Source: the human T2T-CHM13v2.0 reference genome, Homo sapiens. From it: a stretch of DNA of 64,000 bases. The first letter of the stretch is position 1, and each line of letters begins with the position of its first letter. Where the stretch lies: NCBI RefSeq assembly GCF_009914755.1, contig NC_060931.1, one strand, 5' to 3'. Below, in pieces: positions 46,758 through 61,095 of the stretch. The translations under genes and the position numbers were made by a program. Below the pieces are notes generated by a model. That model searched no databases, was not told the origin of the DNA, and was given only the letters and a program-made list of their open reading frames with translations.

Positions 46758-47059
46758 AGTTTTAGGGTCTTATAAAGCATTAAGTTAGGTCACAGTTAAG
46801 TGATCAAAATGGTGAGGAACAGGAATGAGGCAATAATGTGTATTAAGCACCCCGTATCTTACCCTCCTATCCTACTTAATGAGGCTTCATTTGTAACATC
46901 CTAAAAGTTAAGCAGCATTGGCGTAACTACAGACAATTCAATTCTGGAAAGGTTTAAAGACAAAGAAAGACTGCTAAAACAAAAAGAAAAGGAGGTTATG
47001 TAGACTTGAACTAAGTTTAAGTGGTGAGTAACCCAGGTGAACAGTAAATGGACCAACCA

Positions 47060-47620
<561 letters not shown>

Positions 47621-49073
47621 GATTTTTTTTTTTTTTTTTTTTTTGGTCTCTACCTTGTTATTCGGACTCTCTGAATTGCCAAAGTTGAGATCCGTGTAGT
47701 TTTCCTGACTATAAGAGACTCATAATGTGTAAAACAAACAAACAAAAAAACCCTTAGTTTGCAACCGAGGAAGGAACTCTAGAGAGACTACAGTGTGACT
47801 GCAAACATTCATCAGCCCTTCACATACGTTATTACCTCCAGTCCTTAAGCCAGTTCCCTAAAGGTGGTATTAAATGTCTCCACATCACAGAAAATTCAGG
47901 TTCGGTAGGAAGCAGCCGAAGTCACTCAGGTAGTTCTAGACAACCGAAATGCAGATTTTTTTGCCTGGCTCCAATCTCCAGACTTTTCCATTAGGCAGTG
48001 TTTATAAGGTCTTAGAATTACTTTGTGGTAAAATAGCTTTTTAAATAGAATTTGTGTGGTGTGTATGTGTGTGTAGTAACTCTGGTTTACAGGTTATTAT
48101 ACAGTAATGCTATTTATGGATTTGTGTAACATTTTATGGTGTTCAAAATATATCATTTAGAATTGTTTGAATAGCATTTGAATATCATTTTGAATACAGT
48201 AGTGAACTTCATGGAACTCTATATATAATATATGGATGTATATGGATGAATATTATGGAATATACGTACACAAATTGAGTATTATTGTAAATGTTGATAC
48301 ATGTTCCAGATTATATCTATAAATGCCATTCCTTTATTCAACAATGTAAGGTCATACCGCTTACCAGGAGCTGTGCATCAAACATGTATAGACAAGGTCC
48401 CTTTCTTCAAGGAGCTTATATGCTGCTCAGAGACATGTAAACAGATAAATCACAATGAAACACAGTAATCCACTTGAATCTGCATCTTAATATTAGTGAG
48501 AAATGAACAGAGTGTTTGGGAATACAGAAAATTGAATAACTAAATGTAGAACAAACTTGGCCAAGAACTACAATTAGATGAAATTTTTAAAAAATGTATC
48601 TCTTATACTATTTGATTTATATAGATTACTGAAAATAATGGTATCTCACTACCAAAAAAATTATGTCAGGTAATGCATATCTTATTTAGTGTGATTTAGT
48701 CATTATACAATGTATTTGTATTTTAAAACATGTGCTCCCAAATATAGGCAATTTTTATTTGTCAATTAAAATAATTTTTTAAAGAAGGTAAAAAAAAAAA
48801 GATTTTGCCAAGGAATCAGAAAACCCAAATTTTAGTTCCTGGACCTATTATTTATTTCATTTGATATATGATGAAGTTTGTATCAATCCTTAGCAAAAGA
48901 AAAAAATCAACAGCAATATGGTGATTTTTTCCCCCTAAAACTATATTCAATTTAAAGAGAGATTGTTGATTTAAAAATCAACAATCTTACGTCAAGTTCC
49001 ACCACCCCTGCCCTTTCTTCCATTGTACTGGTTTGTGAAATCCAGAATGCTGAAACTTAAATAACTTCTTATT

Positions 49074-49115
49074 TCGGATGAGATGGGGCATGTTCAGGGT
49101 GGTACGGCCATAAAT
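49074..49115 (-). pseudogene. 3'-truncated (tailless) 5S rRNA pseudogene, nt 1-42
   Basis: Reverse complement atttatggccgtaccaccctgaacatgccccatctcatccga aligns 33/42 to the 5S 5' end GTCTACGGCCATACCACCCTGAACGCGCCCGATCTCGTCTGA; mismatches mostly transitions. Confidence 0.85.
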
Positions 49116-49614
49116 GTCATGGCACATGGCACAATGAGCAACTTTGCATTTCAAGGGTCGTGGCACGGGGAATAATTTTGGAAAATGATATTAAGAATAC
49201 ATATTTGCAGACCAGTTTGTATTATAAATCTAGGCTCAGTTCCTTCTAAAGGGGAGTTTAGACAAATTACTTAATTTCTCTGTAATACATTTTGGTTATT
49301 CGCAGTCACAGTTAAGATTAAAGGAGATTATGTATATAATGTGCATAGTTCAATGCCTGGCACATAATAAGTGATCAATACATGTTAGCTATTATTAACT
49401 AAGGAACTTATATTTTTAAATATTTCATATTCTCCTTGTCAACGCTTAAAGTCTCTAAGTGTGTGTGTTTTGTTTCCTTGATGATATCTTTTTAATACTT
49501 TATGAGGAAGTCAGTCCCTCTAATAATGTATATTTAGTGTTTACTTTGTATCGGGCACTGGGCTAAACCCATTTTGTGTATTTTCTTATTTAATCCTCCT
49601 CTCAACAGCCCTAT

Positions 49615-51895
49615 TTATATGGTTTGCTTCTGTCCTCACCCAAATCCCATCTTGAACTGTAGCTCCCATAATTCCCACATGTTGTGGGAGGGACTCAGTG
49701 GGAGGTAATTGAATAATGAGGCGGGTCTTTCCCATGCTGTTCTCCTGATAGTGAATAAGTCTCACAAGATCTGATGGTTTTATAAAGGAGAGTTTCCCTA
49801 TACAAGCTCTCTTGTCTGCCACCAAGTATGACATGACTTTGCTCCTCATTCACCTTCAGCCATGATTGTGAGGCCTCCCTGGCCATGTGGAACTGTGAGT
49901 CAATTAAACCTCCTTCCTTTATAAATTACCTAGTCCCAGGTATGTCTTTATTAGCAGCGTGAGAACAAACTAATACAGTCAGTTGGTACAGGGTAGTAGG
50001 GCCCTGCCATAAAGATACCTGAAAATATGGAAGCGACTTTAGAACTGGGTAACAGGCAGAGGTTGGAACAGTTTGGAGGGCTCAGAAGAAGATAGAAAAA
50101 TATGGGAAAGTTTGGAACTTCTTAGAGATTTGGAGGGCTCAGAAGACAGGAAGATGTGAAAGTTCAGAACTTCCTAGAGACTTGTTGAGTGGCTTTGACC
50201 AAAATGCTGATAGTGAAATGGACTATAAAATAAAGTCCAGGCTGAGGTGGTCTCTGATGGAGATGCGGAACTTGTTGGAAACTGGAGTAAAGTTCACTCT
50301 TGCTATGCAGAGAGACTGGTCATATTTTATGCCTGCCTTAGAGAACTGTGGCACTTTAAACTTGAGAGAGGTGATTTAGGCTTATCTGGCAGAAGAAATT
50401 TCTAAGCAGCAAAGCATTCAAGAGGTGACAAAGCATAAAAGTATGGAACATTTGCAGCCTGATGATGCAGTAGAAAAGAAAAACCCATTTTCTGGGGAGA
50501 TATTCAAGCTGGCTGCAGAAATTTGCATAAGTAAAAAGGAGCAAAGTGTTAATTGCCAAGACATGGGAAAATCTCTCCAGGACATGTCAGAGACCTTCAT
50601 GGCAGCCACACCCATCACAGACCCAGAGGCCTAGGAGGGAAAAGTGGTTTCATGGTCTGGGCCCAGAGCCCCCCTGCTGTATGCAGCCTCAGGACTTGGT
50701 GCCCTGTGTAACCAAGGTACAGTTCAGGCCATGGCTTCAGAGGGTGCAAGCCCCAAGCCTTGGCAGCTTCCACACGGTATTGGGCCTGCAGATGCACAGA
50801 AGTCAAGAATTGAGGTTTGGGAACCTCCACCTAGATTTCAGAGGAAGTATGAAAATGCCTGGATATCCAGGCAGAAGTTCACTACAGAAGTGTAGCCCTC
50901 ATGGAGAACATCTGCTGGGTAGTGCAGAAGGGAAATGTGGGGTTAGAACCCCCACACAGAGTTCCCACTGGGGCACTGCCTTGTGGAGCTGAGAAGACAG
51001 CCACCTTCCTCCAGACCTCAGAATGGTAGATTGACCAACAGCTTGCATCGTATGCGTGGAAAAGCTACAGACACTCAACACCACCTTTTGAAAGCAGCCA
51101 GGAGAGAGGCTGTACCCTGCAAAGCTACAGAGGCAGAGCTGCCCAAGACCACTGGAACTCACCTCTTGCATCAGTGTGAACTGGATGTGAGACAAGGAGT
51201 CAAAGGAGATCATTTTGGAGCATTAAGATTTGACTGCCTCGCAGGATTTTGGACTTGCATGGGGCCTGTAGCTGCTTCATTTTGGCCAATTTCTCCCATT
51301 TAGAATGAGTATATTTACCCAATGCCTGTACCTCCATTGTAGCTAGGAAGTAATTAACTTGCTTTTGATTTTACAGGCTCATAGGCAGAAGGGACTTGCC
51401 TTTTCTCAGATGAGACTTTGGACTGTCGACTTTTGAGTTAATGCTGAAATGAGTTAAGACTTTGGGGGACTGTTGGGAGGCATGATTTGTTTTAAAATGG
51501 GAGGACATGAGATTTGGGAAGGGCCAGGGGCAGAATGATACGGTTTGACTGTGTCCCTACCACATCTTGAATTGTAGCTCCTATAATTCCCACATATTGT
51601 GGGAGGGACCCAGTGGGAGGTAATTAAATCATGGATGTGGGTCTTTCTTATGCTGTTCTTGTGATAGTGACTGTGTCTCACAAGATCTGATAGTTTTATG
51701 AAGGGGAGTTCCCCTGCACCTGCTCTCTTGTCTGCTGCAATAGATAAGACATGACTTTCCTCCTTATTTGCCTTCAGCCATTATTGTGAGGCCTCCCCAG
51801 CTATGTGGAACTGTGAGTCAATTAAATCTCTTTCCTTTATAAATTATTCAGTATCAGGTATGTCTTTATTAGCAGCATGAGAACAGACTAGTACA
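49615..51895 (+). mobile_element. Full-length THE1B-like MaLR provirus (5' LTR 49615-49977, internal 49978-51535, 3' LTR 51536-51895) inserted in a MIR
   Basis: Two ~360-bp direct LTRs, polypurine tract before the 3' LTR, 5-bp TSD cctat/cctac; MIR sequence continues on both sides. Confidence 0.95.
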
Positions 51896-52340
51896 CCTAC
51901 TGAGTACAATTTAAATCCATTTTATACTTGAGGAACTGAGACTCAGAGAGATTGGTAATGTGGCCAAGGTCATAGCGCTAAGAAGTGGTGAAGCTATTAT
52001 ATTCTAAGGACTTTCTTAAATGATAGGAAACAAACCATCCTGATGTGCAGAGGCAGACAGTTAACACCAGAACCCCCAGAATCATTTTTTCTCTGACACA
52101 TGAATGTAGACGGAAGTGCAGAAGGCAAGGAGGTAGAATGAAAAAGAAAATCGAACTCTAGGATTAACGCTCAATGACTCAGAAACTCTCAACAATCTTA
52201 TGAAAAGCATTTGTAGTCAAAACTATGCCTTCACTTACATATTATATCATATCTGTAATTGATTGAATAGTTTTAACTTTATAGGTAGGAAAACAAGTTA
52301 GCAGTATATTTTGTAGTAGATGATTCTGTTTGTCTCTAAA

Positions 52341-52630
52341 TTTTTTTTTTTTTTTGAGACATTGTCTCACTCTTTTGCACAGGCTGGAGTGCAGTGGCAC
52401 GATCATGGCTCACTGGAGCCTCAACCACCAGGTCTCTGGTAAGTCTCCCACCTCAGCCTCCCTGATAGCTGTGACTACAGGTTCAGGTCACCATGCCCAG
52501 CTAATGTTTTGTAAAGATGAGGTCTCGCCATTTTGCCCAGTCTGGTCTTAAACTCCCAGGCTCAAGCGATCCTACTGCCGTGGCCTCCCAAAGTACTGGG
52601 ATTACAAGCATATGCCACCATGCCCAGCCT
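52341..52630 (-). mobile_element. AluJ
   Basis: polyT then gagacattgtctcactc...gatcatggctcactggagcctc...cccagcc. Confidence 0.9.
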
Positions 52631-52968
52631 CAAGTAAATTTTTTTCCCTAAAAATTTCATTAGGGATTCTTATGATATTAGTTTTATGACAAATACCTGA
52701 ATTCTTAAGCAGGCAATGGAGGGACCATTTAGTGACTAGACAGAATGGACTATAACAGGTTGGACTATAACTATAATGGACTATAACAGGTCTGTACAGA
52801 AAGGTCAACCTGTTATAGTCCATTCTGTCTAGTTACTAAATGGTCAGTCCATAGCCCACTTAAGAGTTCAGGTATTTGTTATATAACTAATATCATAAGA
52901 ATCCCTAATGAAACTTTTAGAGAAAAAAAATTTACTTGAGGCTGGGCATGGTGGCATATGCTTGTAAT
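52601..52968. repeat. Long inverted repeat, arms 52601-52762 and 52806-52968, 43-bp spacer
   Basis: Manual alignment of the arms gives about 11 substitutions and 1 indel over ~163 bp. Confidence 0.95.
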
Positions 52969-54054
52969 GCCTATCCAAGGAGAAACAGTGAGAGGATATT
53001 TAATGGTTGATGTCTAGAGGAAGGACTGATTTCAAAGGCAACTTCAATTTGACTTTGGGAGAGCAGAGCTAACTAGCCATGAAGGGTTGAGGAAGCTGAC
53101 CTACACCTCAATTTCTAAGACATTCTTTCAGCATATGTAAAAAGCTTGGTCTCCAAATTCATCCTTCCTGAATTTGAATCAGGCTCTACTATTTGCTGGC
53201 TGTATCTCTAGGAAATTTCCCTTGTGTGCCTCATTTTTCCAATCTTTGAAATGGAAGTAGTAAAATTACTTTCCTCATAATGTTATTAGGATTAAGTTAC
53301 TGCATATAAAACTCTCCGGTGCCCAGCATATAGCAAATACACGGTAAGTAATGGTTGTTTGATGTAGAAAGGAGGATGATAATGCTGGTTCCTATCCTCT
53401 AGCAATGCATAAGCTTCTTCACAGAAGGGAAGTCGACTATTTCCAACCACTTCTATGCTTGTCATCAAGATATACTGAACATTTGCTGTGCTGAGTAATG
53501 GAGCTATCTTTTTATCTGCTTTCTTTAACCTCTAGAACACAACCATTTGCTGTAGCTTCTTATGAGTCTCTAAAGGGCAGGTCCTAGATAATATTATAAT
53601 AAATCCATAAAGCTGGTCTGCAGCACACTTTCAGGAACTTCCTTTCTCCACCAGGTCACAGCTTTTAGGCAGCTATCAACACCATCATTAAAATTCCACA
53701 TATATTTGTAATAAATGTAAGTGTAATTCTATTCAGAGAAAAATGAAATTCTAAAAGGGTTGGACAAACCAAGCCATATCAATTTGTAGCACTGGAAATG
53801 AATAAGGAAGTGTATAAAGGATGGGACATTAGAAAGTTGTGATTAGGATATCTTTTATAGGAGATTTCTTATTTCATGTAAATGTATAGCTGTCTGTTCA
53901 AATTTTCATTCTTTCTGGACCTTTAAAATATACTCACTTTCTCCTGAAACAGATCTTAAAATTAAGGATCTTTAAGAAAAGTGGACTCTAACAATGCAGG
54001 CAGATTCTGGATACTTGCAGCCAGCTCTAAAGCCCATTGTGATATACATTTGGG

Positions 54055-55272
54055 TTTATTATTATCATTGTGGTAAGAAGACTTAACATAAGATCTACCC
54101 TCTTCCATTTTTGAGTGCACAATACAGTACTGTTAACTGTAGGCACTATATTGTACAGCATATCTCTAGAACTTATTCATTTTGTATAACTGTAGCTTTA
54201 TAACCATTGAATAGCAAATCCCCATTTCCCTGTCCCCTAGTCTGGCAACTACCATTCTGTTCTCTGTTTCTATTATTTGAACTATTTTGGATCCTGCATT
54301 TAAGTGAGATCATGCATTATTTGTCTCTTCTGACTGGCTTATTTCACTTAGCATAATATCCTCCAGATTCATTCATGTTGTTGTGTTTTACTTTTTTATA
54401 CAGTTGTATATAGCAGGAGTTCCTTTTTTGAGGCTAAATAATATTCCATTGTGTATATATACCACATTTTCTTAATCCATTCATTAGTTGATGGGCATTC
54501 AGATTATTTCTATATGTTGGCTATTGCAAATAATACTACAATAACACTACATATTCATGGAAGTACAGATATCTCTTTGAGAGCCTGATTTCAATTTCTT
54601 TAGATATATACCCAGAAGTGGAATAATTCGATCATATGGTTGTTCTGTTTTTAATTTTCTAAGGAAACTCCATACTGTTTTCCATAGAGGCTGCACCATT
54701 TTTAGACTTCCATCAACATCACACAAGGGTTCCAGTTTCTCCACAACCTCACCAACACTTACCTTATTTTTTTTTATAATAGCCATTCTAACAGGTATGA
54801 CATAATATCTCATTGTTGTTTTGATTTACATTTTCCTGATGAGTAGTGAGGTAGAGAATCTTTTCATATACCTTTTTGTCATTTGTATGTCTTCTTTGGA
54901 TGAATGTTTATTCCAATCATTTGCCAATTATTTAACTGGGATATTTGGGTTTTTGTTTTGCTTTGTTTTGTTTGCTGTTGTGTTATAGAAGTTCCTTATG
55001 TGTGTTTGATATTAACCCCTTATGAGATAAATAGTTTGCAAATATTTTTTCCCATTTCATAGATTGGCCTTTCATTCTGTTTCCTTGGCTGTCGAGAAGC
55101 TTTTGAGTTTGATATAGTCCCACTTGTCTATTTTTACTTTTGGGATATTCAAAAAATAGTTTTTAGACCAATATGAGGAAGCTTTCCTCCTGTTTTCTTT
55201 TAGGAGTTTTACAGTGTCCGGTCTTATATTTAAGCCTTTAATCCACTTTGAGTTGATTTTTGTGTGTGATAT
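54055..55272 (-). mobile_element. Old L1MA/MB 3' fragment
   Basis: Reverse L1M 3'UTR and ORF2 C-terminal remnants (ORF 54547-54813). Confidence 0.87.
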
Positions 55273-58200
55273 GTTTAATGGCTTGGTTTATGGGGGAGGA
55301 GCTTAGCTCTTCTTGGAAGGTGTATATATACCTGGGAACAACTCACACTCACATCTTTATTAGTATTATGAGTACTTTGTACCCAGTGATTGATTCTGGA
55401 CATTGGGAAGAATTACAATCCCAAATAGACGGAGCTTTTTTGGCTCTTTTGTCATAACAAAATGCCTGGACAAATGAAAATATGAAAAATTATCATTGTA
55501 AGCTCCCTGAAATATTTAGATCTCATTGTAGAACAATTACTAATGAATAAAGATACAGTTATTGAAAATGTAAATGCTAATAATGAGAAGTACTTAATCT
55601 ACCACAACATAAGAGCCCAGCCCAAAAAGACCCTATTTTGGACCAAACTACCTGTTCAAAAATCGGTATTTGCATGCCCAAGACTTGTTTGAAAAGGCGA
55701 TTATGGTCTCACAGGTAAATCATAAGAATTTTTAAAATTTTGTAAATGCTGTATTTATATGACAGACAGGAACCACTCTGAAGGAATCATTATGGTTTGG
55801 GAAATGATATGCAATTTCAAAATCATCTAAATCATTTCAATTGCCTGTATTTACATTTATATAATGGGTATTTATAATGGTGATTATTTTAGAACTTACC
55901 TTGTTTTCCAGGATCTCACATTGGTTTCTATGGGAACGAGAATGGCTCTGAAGAGGAGCATTTTAAGAACTCTTTTCACATTCAGTGACTGCTAACTGAA
56001 CTGTAAATTCTGTTTGTCTGTTAACGGTTTTTAACATTTAGATTTTAACACAGAAATAGAAGTTGGGCATTCTAGCCTCATAAATCATTTTAAATAATAA
56101 AAACTATTTTTATGAAACATCTGGCACATTTGAAACATTTGAAAAACAAAATAACTAGCTTTAGGAGCTAATAATCTGTTCACTTTATTAAATTCATTAA
56201 TGATTAATCCACATTGGCCATGTGCTTGCTCTTAGAAAATTGTGTAAAGAAGAACTTCATCAGAAATATATTGTTTTAATACACTTTCTCTGCTATTTAT
56301 ACATATGTGTGTGTGTGTATATATATATATATGTTTTCTTAGTTGTATAAAATCCCTTAAAGTAGTATAAAATGTTCTGCATTTAAAGTTTCTTCTCTGC
56401 TAATACCTCACTCATCCTGTGCTATTATTTGCCCTGGTATCATGTTGTACCTTGACCATGAGTTGGTACTTTATCCATGTTCTTATACCAGTTGGAACTT
56501 ATTTTTACTATTTTTTGAAACAAGCTCATAAGTCTTTGAATTTCAATTTTTCTTTTTCTTGGAAGAAATTTTTAGATCATAAAAAGCCCAATGTGTAACT
56601 TATGGATTACGTTTGTTCAGTTTAAAACTGTATTTAATATTTCCTCACATTTCATGTTTTCCAATTAATTTTATTTTTTTTTAATTCCCTGGAAAAATGA
56701 AATTTCAATATATCATTATTTAATTCCTTCTCAACATAATTAAAACCCACTAAAAATAAGAGAAGCCTATTCCAGAAAAGAGTGCTAAAACTCAAAATTT
56801 TTCTTGTACCCAAACTATAAAAGATGCTAGCTGAAAGCATATGCATCCCATAACCAACTTATGTAATAGCTACTCCAGTTATTTCTGATATACGATCTAT
56901 GTCTTAAATCCGAAGAGTAAAGGTTGGTGGCAGACTGCCAGGTGGGGTAGAATTAGCACTGGGTGATTTTGCCTTCCTTTTGATTGGAATGTGTTTGCTT
57001 GCTGTCAGCCTATCCCTGACGGTAGGCTGCCAGAGACTAGTGTCAGTTTGAGAAGTGGAGCTGCTAGCATCGCTGTGACTAAGGGATCATTCTGTAACTC
57101 AGGGGTCTGGTGTAAGCTCCATGGAATTAATTTTTTCTTCTTTCTTAAAAGTATTTTTCATTCAGATTTGATTTTATGATATGAATTAAGGATTGCCACA
57201 CTTTGAAAAAAGGTGACGATAAATAAATGAGAAATATGTAATCAAATGTTTTGAGAGGAATGATTAATTGATTTGCTATTCTATTTTTTTAAAGTTGATT
57301 TTGAATTGAAGTACAAAAATTGAAAAGTAAAATCAAGTCTAATGTTAATCATTAGAAGAGAAAGAGTTATCTTGAAAAGTATCTGTCAGGCCTCTGAGCC
57401 TATATCTGAATCTGAAGGTGAGGCATATAATTGTCTAGCACAGAGCTACTCAAAGTGGGGTCCCTGGACCAGCGCCTATAAAAGACAACTATAGAAAGTG
57501 AGCATAAACATGTAGAAACTCTTAGAGCAGTTTGACACTGCCACTTCATCCAACCCTGTGATTTCGTATTTTATAAAAATCAGCCCATGGCATTTTTGAA
57601 TTTTAAAAATTTGCCCTTTACTACAAATGGAGATGGATTGATTTAGCATAAATTACTGTAAGCAGAAAAGAGTGTCATTTGAACTTCATATATTGAGAAT
57701 AATTTATCCTGTGTGATTCTGTCTGAAAGCTGGGAAGTGAGGTGTTTTTCTCTCTGAAAAATCTCTTTCTAGCCCTAGAATAGCATATTTATATTCATAA
57801 GATTACAGCAAAGGAGGCTGAAGCTGATGTTGTGCTCTCCTTTTGCAGATATAAAAACAAAAGTACAAAGGGCTTAAGTGAGATGTCTGATATTACACAA
57901 TTAACATCAGAATTTAAAATCAAGTTAAGTAAACAGCATTGCACAGAACTTATTTAATATTCTGATGAGTAAAATGAAAACACCCTAGGTTGATTATGGC
58001 ATCAAATTGGATATATTTGTAATTATATATGGCAGATGTCAGTGCTTTGTCTTAAGGTTTCTGATGGAAAAGCATTGTGATAGTCGTTCAATGGGTGAAC
58101 AGTGAAACTATACATACTGCAAACCAAGGTGATGAGTTGGAAGGAATTCAATAACCAAAACCAAAATTAAACAAAGAGAATGAAGAAAGATTAAGGTAGG

Positions 58201-58904
58201 AACACATAGTTTGGTTAAAGAACTAATAGAGCAGAAATGTAAGTCCACAACTCTCTGAAAGGTATAAAATTCCAAAAGAAAAAGGGTTCACCTTGGACTG
58301 TAAATAGGAGAAATAAAATGAAAATAAGAAAGGGAAAGTTTAGACAAAACATTGGGGATTCTTGTTAATTTTCAGGAGTATTAGGTTAGTTGAGTGGGTG
58401 CCCAAAAGAATCTCTAAGGACATTTAAAACTTCATTGAACAAAGCCATGGACAGTGTATTGTGGTGAGCAAGAAGACTTAATGGCAGGGGGATGGTCTGG
58501 ATCAACCATGAGGTGTTTTTCAGCTCTAATTTCTAGTATACCATAGCTCTGTGAAGAATAGTTGCTAAATTGCTTGATCAACCCAGACAAATAAAACTCA
58601 AAACAGGAATAAATTCCCAGACAAAACAATAAAGTCAGCCAAAATTGAAACACACCCCTCAGAATAACAAAGAACCCTAAATCTTGCATCATACCCCAAA
58701 GACGACAAATTCAGTTTCTGGCAGCCTGCCCAGAAGAATAAATTCCAGAGACTAGATCCTTCACTGAGTAAGCCCAACCAACAGGTTGGGAGAGTTCAAC
58801 TTCTCAGACACGCAAAACCTCCCAGCAGATATTAATATTAGAGCAGACTAAAACTGAAAGGGAAAAGTGATATATTAAACAGCTTGATCTATGAGTGAAC
58901 TAAT

Positions 58905-59430
58905 TCCTGTATTCATTCTTCAAGGAGTTATTATGGAGTACCTACTATCTGCCAGCTACTATTCTGGGGTAGGGTACCTCAGTGAACCAAACACTGAAGA
59001 GATCTACCCTTGTGGAGTTTACGTTCTAGTGTGAGGAACAGTAAAGAACACGGTATGCCATATCTTCAGTAGGTGGGAAGTGCTAAGGGGAGTAGATAGC
59101 AGGCTAAGGAATATGGCGGGCAGGGTTGGGGGTGTGACAGAATGGGGGCAGATGGCTGCGTTTAATAATGCAATCAGGGTAGAACTCCTGAAGAAGGAGA
59201 GACATTTGAGCAAGACAAAGGCAGTGAGAGTAGTTAGCCAAGTGGGTACTGGGGAAAGAATATCCCAGGCAGTGAGAACTTACAGAGCACAGCAGGAATG
59301 GTGGAGCAAACCTGGTGTGTTTGAGGAATATGAAGGAATATTCTTCCCCACACTCACTCCCCTCCAGTGGAATGAAGTCAGAGAGACCTTGTAGGCCTTT
59401 ACTAAGACCTTGTCTTTTATTCTGAGTAAA
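58905..59430 (-). mobile_element. L2 fragment
   Basis: attcattcttcaa...gagtacctactatctgccagctactattctgggg...tggagtttacgttctagtg. Confidence 0.7.
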
Positions 59431-60343
59431 CTACTTACATCTTGCTGTGAGACTCTTAGGACCTCAGTGAAGAAATTAATGCACTTCAGGTGCCAGCCTC
59501 CCTGGGCAACCATTCACTCACACATCAGTGGTGTTTCTTTGTGCTCCTTCAGATTGTTCAGGTCATAAGTTATAAGAATGTCAGCATCTTCCGGCAGCAT
59601 GGGCCTTTAACATAAAAGTATGTCCTGTAGGTACTGCTACTGAGAATGCAGGGAAAATCGTGAATCTTATAACTCTGGATGTTTGCTTTCATTTTTTTCT
59701 TAGACCAGCAATAAAAAATTTTAAAAATTATATTTATGATCTTTGTATGATGTTTGTACATATATGAAATATGTACTCTGTCACAGAAAATAAAACCCTA
59801 AATATCAGCAATTGTATTGTGGGTTTATATTCTATGAAACCTGATCTTTACTAAGGGCTTGATAAATGTTTAAAGGTAACTAGGAGCTTAAAGTTAGAAG
59901 ACAAAAATGGATCTGCTTGTGAGAAGGAATGACAATATTAAAAGAATATTTTGATGTTTTTGGATATTTGAAAATATTCGAAAATTAAAGGCTAAGTTAG
60001 AAAAACACTGTTAATGTTTATTCATGATTTGAAAAAAAGTGTGTTGAGTACCTGCCGTGTGCCAGGCACATTTTCTAGACCCTATGGATACAACAGTGAG
60101 CAACACATAAGAGCCTGAAATCTAATACGTTCCTCTATGAAGATTCTCTTCAGGCAGTTTACCAGTTCTATTATAACAATGTGTAGCTGAGGTGGTGGGT
60201 CAATAGGAGACTCGTCTGCAAGCCAGCATCACCTGTTATGATGGGACATGGCTAGGAAATGATACTTCATGACCTGTCCCCATCTGGTGATCTACTCTTT
60301 GGAAATCCTCAGGCAGAGACTACATCTCTGAATGTTCAGGAAC

Positions 60344-61095
60344 TTGGGACTTGGCTCCAAGTCTTTGCTATTGTGAGTAGTGCTGCAATAAACATACGTG
60401 TGCATGTGTCTTTATAGTAGAATGATTTATAATCCTTTGGGTATATACCCAGTAATGCGATTGCTGGGTCAAATGGTATTTGTAGTTCTAGATCCCTGAG
60501 GAATCGCCACACTCTCTTCCACAATGGTTGAACTAATTTACACTCCCACCAACAGTGTAAAAGTGTTCCTATTTCTCCACATACTCTCCAGCATCTGTTG
60601 TTTCCTGACTTTTAAATGATCACCATTCTAACTGGAGTGAGATGGTATCTCACTGTGGTTTTGATTTGCATTTCACTAATGACCAGAGATGATGAGCTGG
60701 ATAAAGAAAATGTGGCACATATACACTATGGAATACTATGCAGCCATAAAAAAGAATGAGTTCATGTCCTTTGCAGGGACATGGATGAAGCTGGAAAACA
60801 TCATTCTCAGCAAACTAACACAGGAACAGAAAACCAAACACCACATGTTCTCACTCATAAGAGGAAGTTGAACAATGAGAACATATGGGCACAGGGAGGG
60901 GAACATCACACACCGGGACCTGTCGGGGGGTGGGGAGCAAAGAGAGGGATAGCATTAGGAGAAATACCTGATGTAGATGATGGGTTGATGGGTGCAGCAA
61001 ACCACCATGGCACATGTATACCTATGTAATAAACCTGAACATTCTGCACATGTATCCCAAAACTTAAAGTATAAAAAATAATAATAAAAAAAGAA
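60344..61095 (+). mobile_element. Short 5'-inverted L1PA (L1PA7-like): inverted 60344-~60697, sense ~60697-61095
   Basis: Reverse ORF2 C-terminal sequence joined at gatgatgagc|tggataaag to sense ORF2 end, 3'UTR and poly(A). Confidence 0.92.

Noticed and set aside
50182-51681. Overlapping ORFs in THE1 internal sequence
   Set aside because: Decayed MaLR internal ORF broken by stops and frameshifts.
52741-52800. Short repeated ggactataac units resembling an array
   Set aside because: No regular repeat-spacer period and a eukaryotic context; explained as junction micro-duplications of the inverted repeat, not CRISPR.
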